NCBI GenBank assembly: GCA_041657425.1
Contig: JBBABY010000005.1
Coordinates: 60,001-92,000 of the forward strand
Length of the DNA stretch: 32,000 nt
Direction: 5' to 3'
Source: an archaeon
GTDB taxonomy: Archaea > Iainarchaeota > Iainarchaeia > Iainarchaeales > CSSED10-239
The translations under genes were made by a program, and so were the position numbers. Below the pieces are notes generated by a model, which saw only the letters and a program-made list of their open reading frames with translations, had not been told where the DNA came from and ran no database searches. Shown one piece after another: positions 25,832 to 32,000 of this stretch. Each line of letters starts with the position of its first letter. Position 1 is the stretch's first letter.

Positions 25832-28408
25832 ATGGCTATAGAAAAATATAAAGCAGATAAAGAAGAGAAAGATTTCTTTGAAAAAATAGAAGATGAACCA
25901 GCAGAAGAAGAGTTAATTGATACCGTTAAAGAAAAAAAAGAAAAGATAAAAGAAATATCTCCAAAGCTTGAATTTTTAACAGATCCAAAGGATCCAGAAA
26001 TGGTCTATATTGGAAGAAAAAAAAGCGTTCTAAAGGATCATGGTTCTAAGTCTTGTGCATTCTTAGGAAAGGTTTATGAGGATGATTGTAGAGATAAAAA
26101 GGTACATCTTGATGGATTAAACCCTCATGTTGTGTTTATAGATGGTTCAAGAGGATCAGGTAAGAGTTATGGCCTTGGGGTAATTGCTGAAGAGTTATCT
26201 GCAAATAATCCATATATTGGACAGATTGTTGTTGATCCAGTAGGTGTCTTTTGGTCCATGAAATATCCAAATCAAGAAAAGAAAGAACTAGAGGAATTAA
26301 TTGCTTGGGGATTATCTCCAAAAGGTTGTAATAATTTAAAAGTTTTTGTTCCAGAAGGAGTAGTAAGTAAAGTTTCAAAAGAAACATATGATGAAACTTT
26401 TTCAATGTATCCATCTTTACTTTTAGCAGAGGATTGGTGTCTAACTTTTGGAATTGATAGATTTAATCCAACAGGTTTACTTCTTGAAAAAACACTATCT
26501 TTCGTAAAAACGGGTTATAAAGCAGGAGATCCAAGTAAAGATGATGTTCCTGAGCAGGACATTCCTTCTAAAGGAAATCTTTACACATTAGAAGACATAA
26601 TTTTTTGTTTACAAAACGCAATGGAGTTTAAGTCTTCTTCAACAGGTTATAAGCAAGATTCAATAAGAGCATTAGTTTCAAGATTTGAAGCAGCAAAGGC
26701 TTGGGGAATATTTAGTGATCACGGTACACCACTTTCAAAGCTTTCAAAGGAAAGACAATTGACAATTCTTGATACTAGTTTTTTAGATGACAATATCACA
26801 GCACTAGTTATTGGAATATTAGCAAGAAGAATACTTTCTGCAAGAAAGTTAGTAACAAGACAAGATGCAATTAAAAAGTTTGATGATAATTCAGAAAGTC
26901 CTGATGATCTTCTAGAGATATCAATTCCTCCAACTTGGGTGTATATTGATGAAGCTCACACATTAATACCTTCTGGTAACACAATCACTCCAGCAACAAA
27001 CGCAATAATTGAATATGTTAAGCAAGGAAGAAGACCAGGTTGTTCAATGGTTCTTGCCACTCAGCAACCTTCTGCAATCAACTCCAAGGTTCTTTCTCAA
27101 GTTGATATTTTCATAAGCCATAAGCTTGTTTTCAATGACGATATCCACGCAGTTCAGAAAAGAATGCCTGCAATTATTCCTGAGGCTTACAAGGATCCTA
27201 ATTTCATAAAGACACTTCCAGTAGGTGTTGCATTAACTGGAGATAGAGGAGAAGAAACAAAAAGAGCATTTATCTTAAAAATAAAACCAAGACTAAGTCA
27301 ACATGAAGGAAGAGATGCAGAAACAATTAGAGAGGTTCCAACATTAGGAAAAAAAGAAATAATTAATTTTTGTTCAGACATGGTATATAAGAAATTAGTT
27401 GCTTCAAAAACTTTAAAGACAACTGATGCAAAAGATTTGCTTGACGTAATTAATTCAAAGTACAATAGCGAAATAACATTTAATGAAGTATTAATCTCAT
27501 TAAGTAAGATGGGTGTTGTTGAAAAAGAAAACATCTTAGTGTTTGCAAACAAAAGTCAAAAACAAAAAACAGAAATATCAAAAGAAGAAATAGAAAATAT
27601 TAATCAAGCCATTGAGTATTCAAATGCAGTTGACCAAAACCCAGAACTTAGAGAACCTGCTCCAGAAATAGAGCCAGACTACAAGCCAGTTCTTCCTCAA
27701 AGGATTTCAAGAGAAATAGCAATTAATATTGCAAGTAGAACTAATAAGAAGAAGTTCTTTTTTATTAAAGAAGAAGAATCAATTACTCAAATACATATAG
27801 TTTACAGAAAACTATACAAAGTAATTTACAATATCTTTGATGAAGAAGAAAATTATATCACTCATAATTGTTTCATAGATTCAATAACAGGAGAATTCAT
27901 ACATTTTGATGGAGTTGATTTTAAGGAGTCAACTGGTTTTAATCTTGTTGATGATTTAACTGTTGATGATATTATATTACTAGATAAAATCTTTGCTTGG
28001 AGGACTCCAGAAGAGTTGTCTGAAGAATTAGAAGCAACTCCCGAACAAATAAAAGAAGATTTAATTTCTCTAGTTGACAGAGAATTAGCAGATGTTGATT
28101 TAATAAATAAACAAGAAGCTTTCAGAATTAAAAGAAAAATAGATGTGCCATTTTCCCCAAAGCTTTCAATTCTTTCTTCAGTAACTGATCTGCCATTAAA
28201 GAAGCAATTAATCCCAATTGTAGAAGATGAGGAAGAAATATCAAAAGAAGAAATTGATGAGAGATTAAATAAGTTATGGCAAAACATAGAAGTAGTAGAC
28301 ATTGAAGAAGTCTTTTGGCCAATCTGGGAAATTAATTCAAGAGACAAAAGAGCAAATGATAGATTTGTTCTAGTTGATGCAGTACTTGGTCAAATAGTTG
28401 ATGCTTAA
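25832..28408 (+). CDS. HerA/FtsK-superfamily (DUF87-like) P-loop ATPase with a ~400-aa C-terminal extension
   Basis: Walker A is VVFIDGSRGSGKS (aa 105-112). Walker B is WVYIDEAH (D372, E373). KQGRRPGCSMVLATQQPSAINSKVLSQVDIFISHKL is the HerA/FtsK-type sensor and arginine region. The acidic C-terminal half is unrecognised. Confidence 0.75.
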   Translation: MAIEKYKADKEEKDFFEKIEDEPAEEELIDTVKEKKEKIKEISPKLEFLTDPKDPEMVYIGRKKSVLKDHGSKSCAFLGKVYEDDCRDKKVHLDGLNPHVVFIDGSRGSGKSYGLGVIAEELSANNPYIGQIVVDPVGVFWSMKYPNQEKKELEELIAWGLSPKGCNNLKVFVPEGVVSKVSKETYDETFSMYPSLLLAEDWCLTFGIDRFNPTGLLLEKTLSFVKTGYKAGDPSKDDVPEQDIPSKGNLYTLEDIIFCLQNAMEFKSSSTGYKQDSIRALVSRFEAAKAWGIFSDHGTPLSKLSKERQLTILDTSFLDDNITALVIGILARRILSARKLVTRQDAIKKFDDNSESPDDLLEISIPPTWVYIDEAHTLIPSGNTITPATNAIIEYVKQGRRPGCSMVLATQQPSAINSKVLSQVDIFISHKLVFNDDIHAVQKRMPAIIPEAYKDPNFIKTLPVGVALTGDRGEETKRAFILKIKPRLSQHEGRDAETIREVPTLGKKEIINFCSDMVYKKLVASKTLKTTDAKDLLDVINSKYNSEITFNEVLISLSKMGVVEKENILVFANKSQKQKTEISKEEIENINQAIEYSNAVDQNPELREPAPEIEPDYKPVLPQRISREIAINIASRTNKKKFFFIKEEESITQIHIVYRKLYKVIYNIFDEEENYITHNCFIDSITGEFIHFDGVDFKESTGFNLVDDLTVDDIILLDKIFAWRTPEELSEELEATPEQIKEDLISLVDRELADVDLINKQEAFRIKRKIDVPFSPKLSILSSVTDLPLKKQLIPIVEDEEEISKEEIDERLNKLWQNIEVVDIEEVFWPIWEINSRDKRANDRFVLVDAVLGQIVDA

Positions 28409-28423
28409 AAGAAGGAAAAACTT

Positions 28424-28759
28424 ATGTTAGATTTACTTAAAAAAAAAGAAGATACAAAGCTTAGTGTTGATTCATTTATTTTAGACTCATGTAAAGCAAC
28501 ACCTGGTTTTGAGTTTTTCCCTAAGAAATCCACAAAGATTGATTTAGAGAAATTATTAATGACTTTAAGGACAAAGAACTACTATATAGAAAAAGATAAT
28601 TCTCCATTTCTAATAATTATAAAAACAAAAAAAGGAACAGTTACTATTTTTAGTTCATTAAAAATAATAATTAGAGAAACAACACAAGAAAAAGTTGCAA
28701 AAGCAATACTTACTGATCTCTTAAAAGTAATAAACGATTTTTTGTATAAGCAAGGGTGA
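28424..28759 (+). CDS. Small protein with a single TBP-repeat-like domain (hypothetical)
   Basis: KIDLEKLLMTLRTKNYYIE...KGTVTIFSSLKIIIRETTQEKVAKA parallels one TATA-binding-protein repeat (lDLekla..l....YePe.FPGl..r...pk...liF.SGKiv.TGaks.e.a..A). The last 10 nt overlap tRNA-Ser(CGA). Confidence 0.45.
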   Translation: MLDLLKKKEDTKLSVDSFILDSCKATPGFEFFPKKSTKIDLEKLLMTLRTKNYYIEKDNSPFLIIIKTKKGTVTIFSSLKIIIRETTQEKVAKAILTDLLKVINDFLYKQG

Positions 28760-28839
28760 CTGAGTTCGGTTGAAGGTGCTAGTCTCGAAAACTAGATGCG
28801 GTTTATACCCGCACATGGGTTCAAATCCCATTCCTTGCG
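28750..28839 (+). tRNA. tRNA-Ser (anticodon CGA), class II
   Basis: Acceptor stem is GCAAGGG/TCCTTGC with one G-U pair. The anticodon stem CTAGT/ACTAG carries loop CTCGAAA. The long variable arm is GCGG-tttatac-CCGC. The T-arm is ATGGG-TTCAAAT-CCCAT and the discriminator is G. Confidence 0.85.
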
Positions 28840-28843
28840 TAGA

Positions 28844-28912
28844 GCCGGTTGCGGTCAGCTCGCGCCCAGCCTGGTTTGAATATCATGCACTACTCGGTTT
28901 CGCTTGCGCACA
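28844..28912 (-). other. Short-form copy C of the GC-rich leader element, inverted, abutting the 3' end of tRNA-Ser(CGA)
   Basis: The reverse complement reads aagcgaaaccgagtagtgcatgatattcaaaccaggctgggcgcgagctgaccgcaaccggc. This is alignable to 17787-17826 plus 17888-17900 of copy B but lacks the two hairpins. It contains the right IR arm (28851-28868). Confidence 0.6.
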
Positions 28913-29020
28913 GTGGTTAATCTCCTAAACAGATTATAAGGTTTAACCCTAATTAAAAAGAGGTATTTATATAAACTTTATATCATAATCTATTTATAGA
29001 AATCAAAGGAGATTTAAATA

Positions 29021-30301
29021 ATGAATAAAAAAATATTAATTGGAATTTTTATAGTATTAATAATAGGTGTTGCAACAGCAGGAGCTGTTGCGTTTTTAAG
29101 ACCTTATAATCCATTAACTCCACCATCAGTTGATGATACTGGATTAACAACAGAAGGAATACAAGAAGTAGCAAATGCCAATAATAAGTTTGCAATTGAT
29201 GTCTATAAACAAATAACTGCAACGAATAATGACAATGTTTTCGTTTCTCCATATAGTATATCTTCAGCATTAGCAATGACTTATGAAGGGGCAAATGGTC
29301 AAACTGCAGATGAAATGAAAGCAGTTTTTAATTTTCCTGAGACCGATTTAATGAGGCCTAACTTTGCAGCAGTTTATAATATAATTAATAAAGAAGATAA
29401 GCAATATGAACTAAGGACTGGAAATGCTTTATGGATTCAGAAAGATTATACGATTTTATCTAATTATCTTTCAACAGTTGAAAAATATTATGGTGGTAAA
29501 GCAGTAAATTTAGATTTCATAAATGAAACTGAAAAATCTAGATTAACAATTAATAGTTTTATTGAAGAACAAACAAATAATAAAATAAAAAATTTGATTC
29601 CAGTAGGTTTAATTTCAGGAGATACAAGACTTGTTTTAACAAATGCAATATATTTCAAAGGTAAGTGGGATGTAGAATTTAATAAGGATAATACAATAAA
29701 AAGAGAATTTAGAACGCCAACAGAATCAAAAGAAGTTTTGACAATGTTTATGGCTCCAAAACCAGAAGAATTATTTAATTATTTTGAAGATGAAGAACTT
29801 CAAGCAATAGAGTTGCCTTACAAAGATAAAGAATTATCAATGGTAATAATACTTCCAAAAGAAGATAATGTTTTAACAACACTAGAGCAATCTCTTACCT
29901 CTGAGAAATTAAATGAATGGACAAGTAATTTAAAAGAATCAAGAGTTGATGAAATTTATTTTCCAAAATTTGAATTTGATTCAGGTGCAGAATTAAGTGA
30001 GATATTAAAAGATATGGGAATGCCCACAGTATTTTCGGCTTCAGCTGATTTTTCTAAAATGACTGGAAATAGGGAATTATCAATTGGTGCAGTAATCCAT
30101 AAAGCATTCATAAAAGTAGATGAAGAAGGTTCAGAAGCTGCAGCAGCAACTGCAGTAGTAATGAGGGACACTGCTGTGGGGCCAGGAGATACGCCACCTA
30201 AAACAATATTTAAAGCAGATCATCCATTTCTTTTTTTGATTAAAGAAAACAGCACAGGAACGATCTTGTTTATGGGAAGAATCAATGATCCTTCCTCTTA
30301 G
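29021..30301 (+). CDS. Serpin (serine protease inhibitor) with an N-terminal membrane anchor or signal
   Basis: VSPYSISSALAMTYEGANGQTADEM, NAIYFKGKW, the hinge/RCL EEGSEAAAATAVVM and the C-terminal FKADHPFLFLIKE are canonical serpin motifs. There is an N-terminal hydrophobic helix and an AGGAG RBS. Confidence 0.9.
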   Translation: MNKKILIGIFIVLIIGVATAGAVAFLRPYNPLTPPSVDDTGLTTEGIQEVANANNKFAIDVYKQITATNNDNVFVSPYSISSALAMTYEGANGQTADEMKAVFNFPETDLMRPNFAAVYNIINKEDKQYELRTGNALWIQKDYTILSNYLSTVEKYYGGKAVNLDFINETEKSRLTINSFIEEQTNNKIKNLIPVGLISGDTRLVLTNAIYFKGKWDVEFNKDNTIKREFRTPTESKEVLTMFMAPKPEELFNYFEDEELQAIELPYKDKELSMVIILPKEDNVLTTLEQSLTSEKLNEWTSNLKESRVDEIYFPKFEFDSGAELSEILKDMGMPTVFSASADFSKMTGNRELSIGAVIHKAFIKVDEEGSEAAAATAVVMRDTAVGPGDTPPKTIFKADHPFLFLIKENSTGTILFMGRINDPSS

Positions 30302-30404
30302 TTCTTTTTGAAAATGAAATAAATTGCTTTTATTTTTCAAATTTACAAAATTTTAAAAAATACAAACTATAACCTTTAAATACAAGTTAATCCTAATATA
30401 TATG

Positions 30405-30491
30405 TATGTCAGCTGCTAGTTCGTTCGTCAGGTAACCAATCCTGGGGGACAACCTAGGGTGGCAATATCCTTTGTGATATCCTCTGACATA
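30405..30491. ncRNA. GC-rich (~47% by hand count) structured island between convergent genes; candidate small RNA of unknown class
   Basis: An 8-bp terminal inverted repeat, tatgtcag (30405-30412) / ctgacata (30484-30491), encloses a G/C-rich core (cctgggggacaacctagggtggc). Composition stands out from the flanks. Confidence 0.25.
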
Positions 30492-30998
30492 TTATTTTTT
30501 AAAAAGATATTGCTCTATTTCTTCTAAATTTAATTTGACACCTGTGTTAAGTTTATTCTTTTTATTAGTTCTCATTAAATAAGAATATTTGTGTGCATAA
30601 GAATAAGAATTTAATTTGCAAAAATATATATTCTCCTTTTCTAAATTCAATTTTAATTTTGCTATTAATAAATATTCTAGATTACGAATGATATCTGCTT
30701 CTTTACCATCAAAATCTCTACATATATTTAAAATAATTTTTTCGTTATTTAATTTTTTGTGGATAGATAAAAATAAGAAATATATGATTACAGAATACAA
30801 TCTTATTTTTAAATTTACTTTGCCAGATCTTGAATTTTCAAAACGCGTATATTTTTTCTGATTATATCTGATATTAATTAGATTAACCATTTTGGTTGTT
30901 ATTTTGAATCCTATAGTAATATCTTTATTATTAGATATACAAATTGTATAATCTTTACTAAGTAAATCCTCTCCACTAACATCAATATCAAAGTTCAT
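30492..30998 (-). CDS. Hypothetical protein (168 aa)
   Basis: Clean ORF with no recognisable motif. It is very AT-rich and K/N-rich. Confidence 0.5.
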   Translation of the reverse strand: MNFDIDVSGEDLLSKDYTICISNNKDITIGFKITTKMVNLINIRYNQKKYTRFENSRSGKVNLKIRLYSVIIYFLFLSIHKKLNNEKIILNICRDFDGKEADIIRNLEYLLIAKLKLNLEKENIYFCKLNSYSYAHKYSYLMRTNKKNKLNTGVKLNLEEIEQYLFKK

Positions 30999-31122
30999 AA
31001 TTTCTCAACAGGATTATAAATACATTTTAGAGCGGTTGAGGTTTATAAAATCCGTCGTAATCTTTTTTTGTAATTTTGAAATAAACATATATTTAAAAGC
31101 AGTAACTTCCTATAATTATATA

Positions 31123-32000
31123 ATGAACAGAAATACTTTATTTGTAGTTAGTATAATCCTTTGTTTATTCATAACTCCTCTAATTTCTGCCAAAGAACAA
31201 GCAGTATTATCAATACTAACTACTCCAGATAAAGATGCAGATACTTATTATGTTTCTAATTATTCAACAAGAGAAATAACTTTTGAGTCCACTTACAATC
31301 TAGGGAACAATCAAGAGGGCAAAGCAGTTTATAGTTTGCAAGTTTCTCCAGATACTAGTGGTTTAGATATTGAACTATCAACAATAGAAAGTAATTTTAT
31401 TAATGATTTAGATTCAAAAGAAGTACTTTATATAAACACAGAAAAATTAACAGGGAATAAAACAGTTCAATTAAGAGTTTCAATATTTGATAATTACAAT
31501 AATCTTTTAAGTACAAAAGTAAAATTTCTAAAGTTAGTTCCAAATAATTCAAATGATTATTATGAATACACTAAAGATCACACAGCTCCAAAATATATAG
31601 GTTATAATCTTTCAAGAAAAGTGTCAGTGATTAATGGATATAAAGATTCGGATTTAATTTCAATATTTACAACCACAGAAGATGGGTATGTTAAAGATAT
31701 AACTTGTATTTCAAGCAATTCTGCAATAGTAACAAACTTAATCTATAAAGATTCAAAACAAACAGATCTTAATATTTCAATTGATGTTAATGGTACATTA
31801 CAATCAGGCGACTATATAATCAATTGTTTTGTTTATAATGCTTATGATAAAGAAGAAGTCGCAGAAATAAAGTTAAGATATACAAACATAGATTATCCAA
31901 AGCCAAAATTAATTAATATAGATATAAATAAATCAACAAGTAAATCAATAGATACAAATTCTTCAGTAACCCCAAAGAACAGTGTAACTGGTTTTTTAGG
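31123..32000 (+). CDS. Secreted or surface protein (hypothetical), 3' end runs off the window
   Basis: Not in the ORF track because it has no stop. I translated ATG 31123 to nt 32000 by hand and found no in-frame stop (292 codons). The N-terminus MNRNTLFVVSIILCLFITPLISAKEQ looks like a signal peptide. Confidence 0.7.
   Translation, partial: MNRNTLFVVSIILCLFITPLISAKEQAVLSILTTPDKDADTYYVSNYSTREITFESTYNLGNNQEGKAVYSLQVSPDTSGLDIELSTIESNFINDLDSKEVLYINTEKLTGNKTVQLRVSIFDNYNNLLSTKVKFLKLVPNNSNDYYEYTKDHTAPKYIGYNLSRKVSVINGYKDSDLISIFTTTEDGYVKDITCISSNSAIVTNLIYKDSKQTDLNISIDVNGTLQSGDYIINCFVYNAYDKEEVAEIKLRYTNIDYPKPKLINIDINKSTSKSIDTNSSVTPKNSVTGFL

Noticed and set aside
30405-30491. Box C/D sRNA or tRNA interpretation of the GC-rich island
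   Set aside because: Neither strand has an RUGAUGA C box at the 5' end. The CUGA near the 3' end leaves only a 3-nt guide after the nearest UGAU-like box. There is no T-loop (GTTCRANYC) or cloverleaf.
1-32000. Search for an integrase, transposase, Cas genes, CRISPR repeats or rRNA
   Set aside because: No ORF shows tyrosine or serine recombinase motifs, DDE motifs or Cas signatures by eye. There are no short regularly spaced repeats and no rRNA-like GC-rich stretch. Absence by eye is not proof, and an HMM scan is needed.

Overview
This is an AT-rich fragment (roughly 30% GC by eye), and I infer it is archaeal. The evidence is an HMf-type histone, an archaeal-type cytidylate kinase, class II tRNA-Ser genes, strong GGAGG ribosome-binding sites and small compact genes. 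The style resembles a DPANN or other small-genome archaeon, but that lineage call cannot be proven from this window.

The left half (1-16.8 kb) is mostly housekeeping and membrane functions:
- two divergently transcribed CPA2/RCK antiporters
- a glycosyltransferase, cytidylate kinase and PHP phosphoesterase
- a histone and tRNA-Gly(CCC)
- an MBL hydrolase and DUF1653, DUF1015 and DUF4349 proteins
- a DNPH1-like nucleotide hydrolase and CTP synthase

Two things interrupt this housekeeping stretch. One is a three-member family of membrane-anchored surface proteins that share a near-identical promoter, leader and signal-anchor cassette but have very divergent ectodomains. The other is a C14 homopolymer in front of one family member.

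The right half (16.8-29 kb) looks accessory and recombinogenic:
- All three UCN tRNA-Ser isoacceptors (UGA, GGA, CGA) lie here.
- Two of them follow a homologous GC-rich leader whose hairpins covary.
- tRNA-Ser(GGA) is followed by three co-oriented copies of its own 43-nt 3' end (36-40 of 43 identical). These partition about 5.6 kb into three cargo blocks, like serial att sites, although no integrase is recognisable.
- An 18-bp GC-rich inverted repeat brackets a 4.9 kb module. It encodes a PolB-exo-like DEDDy exonuclease, a KTSC protein, an unknown 242-aa protein, an 858-aa HerA/FtsK-like ATPase, a TBP-like small protein and tRNA-Ser(CGA).
- The 3' trailer of tRNA-Ser(CGA) is complementary over 13 nt to the 5' leader of tRNA-Ser(GGA).

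A membrane-anchored serpin, a GC-rich candidate ncRNA and two further hypothetical or secreted proteins finish the window. I saw no CRISPR array, rRNA, integrase or transposase. All family assignments come from reading motifs by eye and need profile or structure searches.
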